Assembly (NCBI RefSeq): GCF_006345805.1 | Contig: NC_043002.1 | Location: 101,370,001-101,434,000, forward strand | Source of the DNA: Octopus sinensis | Taxonomy: Eukaryota | Length of the DNA: 64,000 bases | Reading direction: 5' to 3' | In this document: positions 40,600 to 52,912 of the stretch, one piece after another | Layout of the letters: each line of letters begins with the position of its first letter | Position numbering within the stretch: the first letter of the stretch is position 1 | Position numbers and translations under genes: made by a program | Notes under the pieces: generated by a model | Database searches by the model: none | The model's input: the letters and a program-made list of their open reading frames with translations, nothing else | Told to the model about the DNA's origin: nothing

Positions 40600-40975
40600 T
40601 AAGTCGCTCCCGCTAATAACCACCGTGGTCAGTTTCTCTCGACGGTGGGTCAATATCTGGTCTTAGGTCCTTTTCCCTCCTTCTGGAAGTATATTCCACT
40701 TTCGGGTACTCTCCCCTATTGTACTTCTCGGTCTTCTCCTTGAGCGCCGTGCTTATGACACCGTGGACATGGTTGTGATGCCATGTATATCTGTCCAGTG
40801 CCAGCCTACAGTTTGACATGACATGGCTCATCGTCGCTTTCTCTCCGCATTTACATTCATCAGCCATTGGCATGTTCCACCGGACGAAGCTGACCGGTCA
40901 CAGCAAAACGTCGAAGGTGAACTTGATCGGGAAGGATGTCCTTGTTTGTTCCCAAGCCGAACTGCTAACGTTATG
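40600..40975 (-). mobile_element. HERO/NeSL-like RLE non-LTR remnant
   Basis: CKCGEKATMSHVMSNCRLALDRYTWHHNHV...LRPDI: CCHC knuckle plus RH(N/D) and PD motifs. Confidence 0.7.
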
Positions 40976-41649
40976 GAGACGCAAACGCACAAAAATCTGT
41001 TATCAAAAACATGGTGGTGAGGAAACTAACGCACACACCACAAACACACACACGAAAATATACATACATACACACTTATATATATATATATATATACGAC
41101 GGGCTTCTGTCAGTTTCCGTCTACCAATCCACTCACAAGGCCTTGGTCAGTTCGAGGCTATAGTAAGAAGAACTCTATGAAGTATAGAGTTGAATTTCGT
41201 GTACCCACCATTTGGCAACTTTATCCACCACCCATTATGTATGAGGTGTTACCCCTTTTTCTGGGTTCTTTCAACAGATATACTCCGTTCGAAATTTGCA
41301 TTAGTTTTTGTATGAAAAAAGAAAAAAGGAAGGGAAGAAACATGGTCTTTCCCTCCAACTAAAAGACAGGAAAAACTATCAAATAAGTAGCTGGAGTGTG
41401 TGGTGGTGGTGGTGGGGAGAATGGAGAACTAGCATTCGATCCTTCTAGAACTCCCAGAATGAAAACCTAAACACCTGAAAGACTTTCTATCTATTTCTAA
41501 TTAAATCTCTTTCCCTCTTCTTCATTGCTAAAAAGAAAGAAGCTAAAAAAGATCGATCGTATTTCATTGTAATTGTCATTTTAAATGGCTGAGGCTTTCC
41601 TTTCTCTGTCTCTATCGCTTCACTTCTTTCTCTACGGTTAAGACAGTAA

Positions 41650-41972
41650 AGGTGTGTGGCTCAGTGGTTAGGGGTATTCGGTCCACGATCGTAAGGTCAT
41701 GTGTATGATTCCCGGCGGCGCGCTGTGTTCTTGAGCAAGGCACTCTACTTCACCTTGCTGCAGTCCATTCCGCTGGCAAAAATAAGTGGTAGCTGTAATT
41801 CAAATGAGCCACCCTTGTCACATTCTGCGTGGGGCTGAATCTCCATGGGAGTTACATTCGTGGCATGCATATATGTGGAGTACTCAGCCACTTGCAAGTT
41901 AAATTTACGAGCAGACACTTCCGTTGATCAACTAAACAAGGACTTTATCGTCGTAACCGACGGAGTGCCATG
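41650..41972 (+). mobile_element. SINE related to family C (older subfamily)
   Basis: tggctcagtggttag head, ttgagcaaggcact core, ctcagccacttgcaagttaa...cgtaaccgacggagtgcc tail. Confidence 0.85.
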
Positions 41973-42099
41973 TTTTAAAAAGAGTGAAAGAAAAGGAAAT
42001 GTTCGATATCGTAAGGTAAAAATGTGATGTGTTTAGTATAAGAAATGAAAGCGAAGACGATATAATTGCTATTCTGTTGTGTAGTGACTTTGCCACCGT

Positions 42100-42728
42100 C
42101 TCAGACTCAGTTAAACCCACTTGGATGCCACACCATAACTTGACCCTAAAGCTGGATGCTCCCATTATCACGCTTAAAAATCTTGACCCACCTCGACTGT
42201 GTAATGGAACTCGTTTAGTCCTTACTTCTATGAAGCCCCATGTCTTACAGGCAACGATCATAACAGGTAATCACAAAGAAAATGTCTTTATTCCAAAATT
42301 TCTTCTCATACATACAGATGTTCCATTTGAATTTAAGAGACTGCAGTTTCCAGTCAAGCTAAGTTTTGATATTTCAATTATCAAATTTCAGGGTGAATCC
42401 CTCAAGGTAGTTGAAATTCGCCTCTCTACTACATTCTTCTCTCACAGCCAACTCTATGTTGGTTGCTCACGAGTTGGAAGTAGTAGCAATTTATTCATTT
42501 GGACACAAACAAAAAGTTACACAATGAATAGTGTTTACACTGAGGTGCATCAAGATTGGCAGATTTTCAGTTCTAAATTCTATTATCATTACAATTTGGA
42601 TAATTTAAAATAATGAAATATGGATGTTTTGAAATAATCCTGAGAAACAAAATATGTTTTCATATTTATCGCTTGCAAATCTGAATAAGAACAGCAGTAA
42701 ACCGGGCAGCGTCGAGTAATTCCGCTAG
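42100..42728 (+). mobile_element. Helitron 3' end: PIF1-like helicase C-terminal fragment and CTAG terminus
   Basis: MPHHNLTLK..NLDPPRLCNGTRL...FKRLQFPV...QGESL...FSHSQLYVGCSRV...VYTEV. Decayed GC hairpin (ccgggcagcgtcgag) followed by CTAG|T at 42725-42729. Confidence 0.9.
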
Positions 42729-42737
42729 TTCTCTATA

Positions 42738-43122
42738 GGAGTCGCAATGGTCCTGTGGTTAAGGCAGCGTACTTGCGGTCGTAGGATCGCGGATTCGATT
42801 CCCACACAGGGCGTTCTGAGTGTTTATTGAGCGAAAATACCTAAAGCTCCACAAGGCTCCGGCAGGGGGCGGGGTGGCGAACCCTGCTGTATTCTTTCAC
42901 CACTACTTTCTCTCCCTCTTTCTTCTTGTTTCTATTGTACCTGTATTTCAAAGGACCAGCCTTGTTACACTTTGTGTCACGCTGAATCCCTCCTGGAACT
43001 ACGTTAAGGATACACGTGTCTGTGGAGTGCTCAGCCACATGCACGTTAATTTCATGAGCAAGCTGTTCCGTTGATCGGATCAAGTGGAACTCTCGTCGTC
43101 GTCGTAACCGATGGAGTGCCAC
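42738..43122 (+). mobile_element. SINE family C
   Basis: Matches 20686-21065. Confidence 0.92.
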
Positions 43123-44326
43123 GTAAGTTCTCAATAATCAACAATCTGAACACGGAAGCCTTTTTTATGGGTTACAAAACCTTCTCCTCATTTTCATTTT
43201 CCCCTTCTCTTGACGGATTAACAGATATTGACAAATGTTTTCATTTTGAATTTATTAATGCTGTTGCTTTTCCTGTTTCTTTTGGTGCTGTCGCCATTGT
43301 GGTGGTGGTCGTGGTGGTGATGATATTGCTGCTGCTACTATATTTATCACTGCTGTTTCTGTATCTGTTACCATTTCACATAAATTTTGTTCTCTCTTGG
43401 AGCTTTATTCACTGCACGGCTTATTTATTGTCACCACACAGCTCAACCGTTAACCTAAACATTTAGACAATGCCTCGAATTAGTGAAATTTAAAGCGTCT
43501 TAGAAATTTAAGCCATCTTTCGAAATTTGAACCTTAGAACAAAAAATTCCATTTTGGCCTATTGTATCATATAAAAAAAAATACTACCAGAAATACATAT
43601 AAAAAAGGCATATAATAGAAATACAACAAAGATATCCTATTTATAAACATGTGATATGAGCATCATATAATGTAATAATTCTGAAATTTGGTACTTACTG
43701 GGTTTTTTTTTGGTTTTTTTTCCCTTTTTTTGCAGAATCTAAAGTATTCTTTGTGATGTGATATTATATGGAAACTGGAACTGAACGAATGGAATAAATG
43801 AATTTTACTACGAATTTATCTGCTTTCTCTCTCTCTCTCTCTTTCAGTCTCCCTCCCTCCGTCTGTCTGTCATTCGCATTCTCTGCTTTTTTCCTTCGGT
43901 TGTCATTTCTTTTTTCCTTTCCTCATGTCTCTCTTTGTCTTTGTGTTGCTCTCATTAGGTCTATTTTAACTTCGTCTCTCTCATTCTCTCTCTCTCTCTC
44001 TTTCTCTCCAATATACATATTCACGATTCCTTCTACCAATCTCATAATTTCTTGATCTGTCACATTCTCTGCACACACGTCTCTCTCTCTCTAAATATAA
44101 ATTTACATTTAAACACACACACGCATATATATATATATACACTTATATATACAAGAGAGAGAGAGAGAGAGAGAGAGTGTATGTGTGTGAGTTATACACA
44201 CATATATAAAGATATGTACATACAAACATATCTATATATTATAAATACATACACGTTTGTCACATTCTGACTTTTTCAAACTCTACTTCTATGTCTCCTT
44301 CTTTCTCTCTGTCTTTCTTTCTCTCT

Positions 44327-44365
<39 letters not shown>

Positions 44366-44837
44366 AACCTATAGACATCCTCTTTCTGGAATGATTCCCA
44401 CAGAAAGATTTTCTAAATAGACAATCGATGCCTGCGAGTTAATAATATCCGATGTGGTAAGATAGCAATTTCCACATACCCAAAAACAGTGCAACACCAA
44501 GTTTGAAATAACTGAGTTGTGAAAGCAATTTTATAGGATATTAATGGTGTATGCCAGCATTCCATAGCTGTAACTTCCTAACCGATATGTTAGCACATTT
44601 TTGGATAATAATGATACATCAGGTGACGATCATGGCGGCTCACGCCAATCTAATTCGGCTCTTACAGTAACACCTCCAACTCCCCCGACGAACGCACATG
44701 AAAATACACATTCATAAAAGCATATAAACACATATACATTTATAAAAATACACACAGGTTGATGTATACATATTCATACGCACACATATAATATGTATTT
44801 CCCACTGCGTTAAATGAAGCTAGAAACAATAATGTAA

Positions 44838-44838
44838 G

Positions 44839-44872
<34 letters not shown>

Positions 44873-44877
44873 GTTAC

Positions 44878-44914
<37 letters not shown>

Positions 44915-45128
44915 ATATATTAATATATATAGTTACATATATATATATATTATATATATAGTTACATATATATATATATTAATATATATAGTTACATATA
45001 TATATAATATATAGTTACATATATATAATATATATATATTATATAATATATATATTATATTATATATATTATATATATTATATTATTATATATATTATAT
45101 ATATATATAATATATATATATTATATAT

Positions 45129-45165
<37 letters not shown>

Positions 45166-45200
45166 TAATATATATATATATATAGTTATATACGTATATA
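44838..45200. repeat. (TA)n tract with repeated tatagttacata units
   Basis: Directly visible. Confidence 0.9.
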
Positions 45201-45568
45201 CACACATACGTGCGTGTGTATGTATGTACCTTTGTGTGTATGTCTGTATGCGTGTGTGTTGTTTCTCTCTCTCTCTATATATATATATACCTATATATAT
45301 ATGTGTGTGAATATATTTGTGTGTTCGCGATTAATATTGAAAGCAATGAAACCTTCCTTGTTATTTAACCGACTATAGTTGCAGTAAACGTGTAAAGAGT
45401 TTCCAGAGAGGCCCATTTTGCCAAACTCGAAGAAGGGAAGAAGGAATAAATATTATTTATTCTCTACAGTGAGGTATAATGGAAACCTTATCCCGCAGCA
45501 CACCGTGTCGTTACAGCGCTTTGATTAACGTAAACAAACATGTTTTTTCCTCCTCGAGACAAAAGATA

Positions 45569-45948
45569 GGAGCACTCCGTCGGTTACGACGATGAGGGTC
45601 CCAGCTGATACGATCAACGGAACAGCTTGCTCGTGGAATTAACGTGCAAGTGGCTGAGCATTCCACAGACACGTGTACCCTTAACGTAGTTCTCGAGGAG
45701 ATTCAGCGTGACACAGAGTGTGACAAGGCTGGCCCTTTGAAATACAGGTACAACAGAACAGGAAGAAAGAGAGAGAGAAAGTTGTGGTGAAAGAGTACAG
45801 CAGGGTTCACCACCACCCCCTGCAGGAGCCTTGTGAAGCTTTAGGTGTTTTCGCTCAATAAACACTCACAATGCCCGGTCTGGGAATCGAAACCGCGATC
45901 CTACGACCGCGAGTCCGCTGCTCTAACCACTGGGCCATTGTGCCTCCA
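45569..45948 (-). mobile_element. SINE family C, full length, 14-bp TSD
   Basis: TSD cctcg(a/g)gacaaaag at 45553-45566 and 45951-45964. Confidence 0.93.
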
Positions 45949-46089
45949 CCCTCGGGACAAAAGTAAAATATACGACCGGTTTCAAATCTCGTTTGATTCT
46001 CAATGGAAAGACTACAAATTTTCTCTCCAAAGTTAGCTAGAAGTGGCATTTGTTTAAGATTATTTCTCATATACAGAGTTCGGACTTAC

Positions 46090-46945
46090 AGGTACCATTG
46101 TAAGATATATTTTCATCCACCCCTTGATACCTGAAACATTCCTCGTCAAATGCAAGAGAAACAGTCAAATCACTGACGGTGATGTAACTAGTCTGTTTTA
46201 TTGTTTTTCCCCCTTTTCCCAACTATATAACAACATTTATCGTGACCAAATTCCAACCCTACATCCTTTGAGAATGTTGTAAATAGGCCAAGGCTCTTTT
46301 CCATCACATGCATATTCTTTGCATAAAGTTTTAAGTTATTCACAAAGAAACAGAGTGTAATTTCGATATTTCTGCTTCCTTGTGAATCAGTGAGATGCCC
46401 TTCAAACTTCCTTGACATGAATGACAAGAGGTTTACAGAAAGTATAAACAACATCACAGAGAGGCTATCCCCTTGGAATATGCCTGTGCGAGACTGTATT
46501 TTATCGGTGATAAAACAGTCCCTCTTTGTATTTAATTACAAGACGGTGGCCCACGATCAAGTCAGGTCAGCTATGGCTTTGACAATTCTCACTGGAACTT
46601 TAGCAATATGGAGAGCTTCTAGCATCCATGAGTGGGGAACTGAGTCAAAGTCTTACTTTTAGTCTAGTCACGTTGAAACTAAGTTCCTCTTATGCTCGTG
46701 CATCTCTGACATCACAGTTTTGTTGATTAACAATTGCTCGGCACATCCCCAGACTCTCTTCTTCCCAGCTGCTTGTTCTGCTGTGATCATGTTATTGGTT
46801 TCACAATGGTCCTGGAGGAAGAGGTTTAAAAATCTTACACCTTAAGTTTTGGCATGCACTTGGCCGGTAGTTTTTTTGCCACGTAGGTGGTTCTGCATTT
46901 GGGGATCAATTTTGCCTCTTACAAGCAACCATGGATGCTTGTAAG
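46090..46945 (-). mobile_element. R4/Dong-type reverse transcriptase remnant
   Basis: NYRP; WGCAEQLLINK; DSVPHSW; GIFQGDSLS..LF; FVNNLKLYA (decayed xxDD); FSKDVGLEFG.DKC. Confidence 0.88.
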
Positions 46946-46969
46946 TATTTCATTTATTTCTTATCATAT

Positions 46970-47028
46970 TCTCCGCTGATGAGTGGAATACACCGTTGGA
47001 TTAATGCCGAAATCGTTCGATCCAGAGA
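46970..47028 (+). ncRNA. Candidate type I hammerhead ribozyme (irregular stem II)
   Basis: tctccg-CTGATGA-[26 nt]-GAAA-tcgttcga-TC-cagaga. Stem I extends through tcat/atga; stem II is poorly paired. Confidence 0.55.
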
Positions 47029-47035
47029 TAATGAA

Positions 47036-47416
47036 TTTTACTCTTTTACTTGTTTCGGTCATTTGACTGCGGCCATGCTGGAGCACTGCCTTTAGTCGAG
47101 CAAATTATACCCCAGCACTTATTCTTTGTAAACCTAATACTTATTCTATCGCTCTCTTTTGCCGAACCGCTAAGTTATGAGGACGTAAACACACCAGCAT
47201 TGGTTGTCAAGCGATGTTGGGGAGACAAACACAGACACACAAACATACACACACACATATATAAATACATATATACGACAGGCTTCTTTCAGTTTCCGTC
47301 TAGCAAATCCACTCGCAAGGCTTTGGTCGGCCCAAGGCTATATTAGAAGACACTTGCCCAAGTTGCCACGCATTGGGACCGAACCTGGAACCATGTGGTT
47401 CGTAAGCAAACTACTT
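47036..47416 (-). mobile_element. SINE family B lacking its first ~22 nt
   Basis: Reverse complement of the consensus, stopping at ...aagcaaactactt. Confidence 0.9.
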
Positions 47417-48720
47417 TTTTTCATAAATATTTGCCATGAAGGCATTACAAATAGGGGAAGAACAAGAACAAAAAAAAATAAAAGGGTGAAGTAGCTGTAG
47501 CGATTAAATATTTACAATAATTTAATAAATATGTTTATAGCTTTTGAGTTGAGCGTTGCTCATTACAAACGAAATTTGTAATGGCTTCTCTGGAGGATAG
47601 GCATCCGACCACCAGAGTAGACCCCCTTGCTTTTTCCTTTCTGTTTTTGGCTTCCACTTACTTGGTGCCAAACACTCCCAGCTTCCTCGCCACAGGCTTC
47701 CATCTTCTCATGAATCTGTCTCGTGACAGGTACCTTTTCTCCAGCCTGATCTTATTACTATTTCTATAACAATATCTTTAGAAGAGACAGCGGCTACTGC
47801 TGCGAACTTTTTAGCTGGTTCGTTTCTTGGATTATTTCGACCGACATATTCGTTCGAAATAAATGATACACAATTTAATCCCAGAAAAAGGGAAACCTAA
47901 TTTTTTTTTTACTTTTTTTCTCTTAACGAGGACAACAGTTCAAATCCCACCCCTGCTGGTGGGGAGAGACGTAAGCAACAAAGCCTACAACGTTCGAAAT
48001 TAATTTTTTTTCTTTTCACACAATAATAATATATAGAATCCCCAAAACGGGAAACCTATAATATTTTTTTTCTCACAACGAGGACAACAGTTCAAATCCC
48101 ACCCCTGCTGGTGGGGAGAGACGTAAGCAACAAAGCCTACAACGTTCGAAATTAATTTTTTTTCTTTTCACACAATAATAAAATATAGAATCCCCAAAAA
48201 CGGGAAACCTATAATATTTTTTTTTCTCACAACGAGGACAACAGTTCAAATCTCGCCCACGCTAGTGGCGGATGCCACAATAGAGCCTACAACGGCTAAA
48301 ATTTAATTTTTCTCGCAATAATAAATTACTTATCCTAAAAACGGGAAACCTATAATTTTTTTTCCTTTTAATGAGGATAACAGTTCAAATGTCATCCCCG
48401 CTTTTTGGCATGACAATAAAGCCTACAACGGCTTTGATAAAAGTTCAATATTAATAATTTCAATATTTCAACAATTACTTTCTCCCGTCACCGGGAAAAA
48501 GCACAAACATTTTCAAAGATCAACAATGTTCAACATTTCGAAAATATTCAACAATAGACAACAATTCCAATACAAAAAATTATCCACGTGTAACAAAACG
48601 TTTGACCCACCCCCCCCAAAAACACGTCTTTCCACGAGAGAGGTTAGCAACCACAAAGCCACTCCTACGCCTATAAAAAATCCTGTTAGCTTGGTTTCCT
48701 CGAATGAACACGATGTGTAT
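47417..48720 (-). mobile_element. Internally deleted Tx1/L1-like element (putative 5' UTR with tandem repeats joined to ORF2 end and 3' UTR)
   Basis: Minus strand KIRLEKRYLSRDRFMRRWKPVARKLG (ORF2 C-terminal-like, ~47670-47755). The acagttcaaat motif is shared with the upstream region of 61092-62812. Confidence 0.55.
47851..48432. repeat. Four ~140-160-bp tandem units with conserved boxes and a variable hairpin
   Basis: gggaaaccta / gagga(c/t)aacagttcaaat / agcctacaacg recur in units starting ~47877, 48037, 48189 and 48331. Confidence 0.92.
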
Positions 48721-48784
48721 TTAATGTGATATACATATATTGTATGCATATTATATATATATATATATATGTATATACACAAAT

Positions 48785-49155
48785 ACTAGAACTGGGCTCC
48801 ACTGCATAGTGCCAAGAACTCCAAATTTGCCATCAAGATGTAGGGCGAGATACTGCAATAGCCTGAGCTTCAGAGGTCCACAGCTCTTCAATATCCTTCC
48901 GAAGGACTTGAGAGACCTGCATGGGTGGATGTAGGCGTCCTCAAAATGAATCCAGACCTCTTCTTGTCAGGTGTCCCAGATGAACCAACTTCGCGGCAGT
49001 AGCTGCAGATGAGGGCGGCTGCATCAAACTCTCTCATGCACCAAATTTTAATTCCTAAAAAGCATTTGTGAAATAAAATTATGTAGCAACACCAAATGGC
49101 GGTGCCCCAGCATGGCCACACCTCGTGAGCTGAAACTAGAAGAAACAAATACAAA
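48785..49155 (+). mobile_element. CR1/L2-group LINE 3' end
   Basis: NSLSFRGPQLFNILPKDLR...DLFLSGVPDEP...AASNSL, then the tail ggcggtgccccagcatggcc. Confidence 0.75.
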
Positions 49156-49574
49156 ATATCTTATTAAAGCTGCAATCTAAACTGTCCAAAGAACGGGAAC
49201 GTGACACTCCGAGTAGCATTGTTTTGTGATATCTTTGTGATGTATTTTGCAGCTTAAATATCAATAAACCATACATGTACGTGCTCGCTTTGGTGTATAT
49301 ATATATTTATGCCATAAGAATCCAGAAACTTTGTGGCATATGAAATATTTCCTTTTTAGATGTGAAACTCGAAGTAGATGAATCTATAAATTGTTATATA
49401 TATGTGTGTTGATTATGTATAAATACATATATGTACATATACATAAATATGTATATATTTGTATTTATATATATTATACATATGCGTGTATATATGTATA
49501 TACATATACATGCATATATCCATGCATACATGCTTGCCTACGATCATACATACACATTAACATACATACCCTCA

Positions 49575-49992
49575 TATATTTCTTTATTGCCCACGGGGGG
49601 TTAAACATAGAGGGGACAAACAAGGACAGACAAAGGGATTAAGTCGATTACATCAACCCAGTGCATAACTGGTACGTATTTAATTGACCCCGAAAGGATG
49701 AAAGACACAGTCAACATCGGCGGAATTTGAACTCAGAACGTAGCGGCAGACGAAATACCGATTTCTTTATTACCCACAAGGGGCTAAACACAGAGGGGAC
49801 AAACAACGACAGACAAACGGATTAAGTTGATTATATCGACCCGAGTGCGTAACTGGTACTTAATTTATCGACCCCGAAATGATGAAAGGTAAAGTTGACC
49901 TCGGCGGAATTTGAACTCAGAACGTAGCGGCAGATGAAAAACCGCTAAGCATTTCGTCCGGCGTGCTAACGATTCTGCCAGCTCGCCGCCCT
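49575..49992 (-). mobile_element. SINE family A with tandemly duplicated body
   Basis: Two successive core-plus-tail units; short TSD ccctcata. Confidence 0.92.
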
Positions 49993-50325
49993 CATACACA
50001 CATACGCGCGCGCGCGTGTGTATAATATAAAATATTAATGTATTTTACTGTCGCTGTCCATACAATCATGTTTTGGACAGGCCGTCACAGTCTCATTCAG
50101 GTCTAAGACTGGAATGGCATCCACACAGCTCAGAGAACCATATCTAGTATCTTACATTTCGCCTGTTTCTTTGTCCGGGTGCTTTTCTTAATTCCAGCTC
50201 CTTACACTTTGTATAACGTGTTTTATATCTTGGCACCAAGTAAACACTAGTGGGAATGGGGTGTCATGACTTTGATCAGGCTAATGACCGCTGGTCTGTA
50301 TGCATTGTCTCTGTTTACAAACCAC

Positions 50326-50770
50326 GGATCTTTTCGGTTTGAACGGCAGTTTTTAACATAATTTCTAGGTAACTAAAAAATTCTAATCTTCGTATACTGG
50401 GAGAATGTGTTTATAAAACATCTTTTTCTCTTGGCTTTATTGAGAAAATTCTATGGTTTGTAAGATATTTCTTGTCTTTTTTCAATAATTTCTGCAATTT
50501 CAACCAATCAATGACGTCCATTGAGGTAAAAAAACACATTTTGTGCCGTATGAATATATCCCTCGTTTAAGAAACAGATTGGGTTTATTTACATTTGTAA
50601 AGAAAAAAGATACCCTTCCCCCCACCCCTAACCCTAACCCTAACTAACCCTAACTAAACCTAACCCTAAAACAGATTGAAATGCAATAGATCGATACTAG
50701 GGTCATAATTATGGGTGACAATTTCATATGACACCGCTAGAAAAAACTGCCGTTCAAACCGAAAAGATCC
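50326..50770. mobile_element. Non-autonomous DNA transposon (MITE), ~29-bp TIRs, 8-bp TSD, internal telomere-like repeats
   Basis: TIR ggatcttttcggtttgaacggcagttttt / aaaaactgccgttcaaaccgaaaagatcc. TSD caaaccac at 50318-50325 and 50771-50778. (CCCTAA)-like repeats at 50625-50668. Confidence 0.95.
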
Positions 50771-51213
50771 CAAACCACGTTAGAGAGAATGCGGCTACAA
50801 TTTACTGTTTAAGACAACGTGAGCAAAGAGGGAGAATAGACGTGAGAGCAATGGTTGGAATGATAGGGTATGTGGACGGAAGCTGTGAAAATATGACGAA
50901 AACAAGAGGAGGCTGTGAGGATGAGAGAGAGAAGAGAGTAATGAAAGGGCGATAATTTTGAAGAGAGTAATAAGAGAGAGGGACAGTGATGAAAGCAATA
51001 TATTTTATTGCTGTGAGTGAGGAAGTGTAAAAGGTGGATGGCAAGAAGGAGAGAAACGGATTTCAAAAATGCGTTACCTAGGTTGGGGCAGAGAGAAAGG
51101 ATGATGGTAGGGTGTATAGTTTACGAACAGATTTATTGCTATCCCTCATACGCCTGTGTCTTCATGGGAAAGAGGAAGAGAAAGAGAGAGAAGAGAGAGA
51201 GAGAGAGAGAGAA

Positions 51214-51250
<37 letters not shown>

Positions 51251-51457
51251 TGAGAAGCATATGATTAAGATTAACTGCCATACCTCATTACAAAGTGGGC
51301 GTGGTGCAGAGAAATCGGGGAAGAGAACTTCATTGTTCTTTCAAGATTATCGGGATACTTCGGATATGAAAGAATCTTTTTCTGTTCTTTGTCAAAAAGG
51401 GATTCTGGTAGCATGAAAAAGAGACAGCATGACAGGATGAACAGAATCATTATCAGT

Positions 51458-51675
51458 AGGGCGGCGAGCTGGCAGAATCGTTAAGACACCGGGCAAAATA
51501 CTTGGCGGTATTTCTTCTGTCTTTACGTTCTAATTTCAAATTCTGCCGAGGTCAACTTTGCCTTTCATTCTTTCGGGGTCGATAATTTAAGTACCAGTTT
51601 CGTACTGCGGTCGTTCTAATCGACTGGCCTCCTCCCCCAAAATTTCAAACCTTGTGCCTTGGGTAGAAAAGATTA
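51458..51675 (+). mobile_element. SINE family A (alternative tail)
   Basis: gggcggcgagctggcagaatcgtta head plus the conserved core. Confidence 0.9.
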
Positions 51676-51728
51676 TCAGAAACGAAAGGATGAGAAATAA
51701 ATGACAGCGAGTGTTAAGTGATTCAGAG

Positions 51729-51763
<35 letters not shown>

Positions 51764-52712
51764 GAGAGTGTACGTGTGTGTGTGTGTGTAATGGAGACGA
51801 GGAGGTGTTGACAGAGAAGCGGAAGTGTATCCCGAAGGACGAGAAACAACAGATAGAATGTTACAGGTAAAATGTTAAGCAGGAGAGTATACCCAGCACA
51901 GACATATTCCACCCAGAATGGCTTGGATTGTTCAACTATAAGCAAAAGGGGACGACCACAAATCCGAGTAAAACCATATACAAATATGAGTAATACCATT
52001 TACAAATATGTCCTGATTCTGAAGCAAGCCTTTTATGCACGTATATTTTAAGGGAAGTGAGAAGGGGGTGAAAGAGAGAGAGAGATAGACAAAAAGAAAG
52101 AGAGAGAGAGAGGGAGAGGGAGAGAAATTGACGAAGTGGGGAGAGCAAGAGAAGACGAAAAGAGGAATTGGTGGGCATGGAAGTCGAGTCGTGATCAAGA
52201 CAATTAAATAAACAAATAACAAAATTTAAGTTCATACCTTTAATGGTTAAATTCTTTCCAACTGCTATACTTCTATTCTTTTACTTCTTTCATTCATTAG
52301 ACTGCGGCCGTGCTGGGGCAACGCCTTGAAATATTTTAGCCGAGTGAATCGATCCAAGTACTTACTGCCTTTTATCGATGTCTTTTCCCGGATATATCCT
52401 CCTCCTCCTCCTCCTCCTCATCATCATCATCATATATATATATATATAGCCGGTGTTTTTAAAGCGATGAATAGCTTTGTGGAAACCATGGTACGCTTTG
52501 TTTTCTGACTTTATAATCATCTCATAATAATTACTTTTATGACTCGTATTACTACCTCAGTCAATCTAAATGTATATAATTGTCGTTACCTGTCATAAAA
52601 AGCCTCTTTTAATTCACAATGTGCATTTTCGTTGATTTTTCATATTTTACCCTTACATCTCCACGTATATTTCATATTTTCTTTTTGTAACATATTTCTA
52701 CTATATATATAT

Positions 52713-52745
<33 letters not shown>

Positions 52746-52837
52746 TTATAAATATATATTGTAGAACGTTATACATGCTGGATTTCGATTGAGCATTCTG
52801 TATCTAGTTCTGGAAATTGTATTTCGTAAACGACAAA

Positions 52838-52912
52838 CTATGCTGACGATCTTGCAGATGTTTACGTATCCATATACGTAAATATTAACAAGTGAAACTA
52901 ATTAGTACATAG
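52838..52912 (+). ncRNA. Type I hammerhead ribozyme with long stem II
   Basis: ctatg-CTGACGA-tcttg..atgtttacgtat(ccat)atacgtaaatat..caagt-GAAA-ctaattag-TA-catag; stem I extends through aaacga/tcgttt. Confidence 0.9.
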
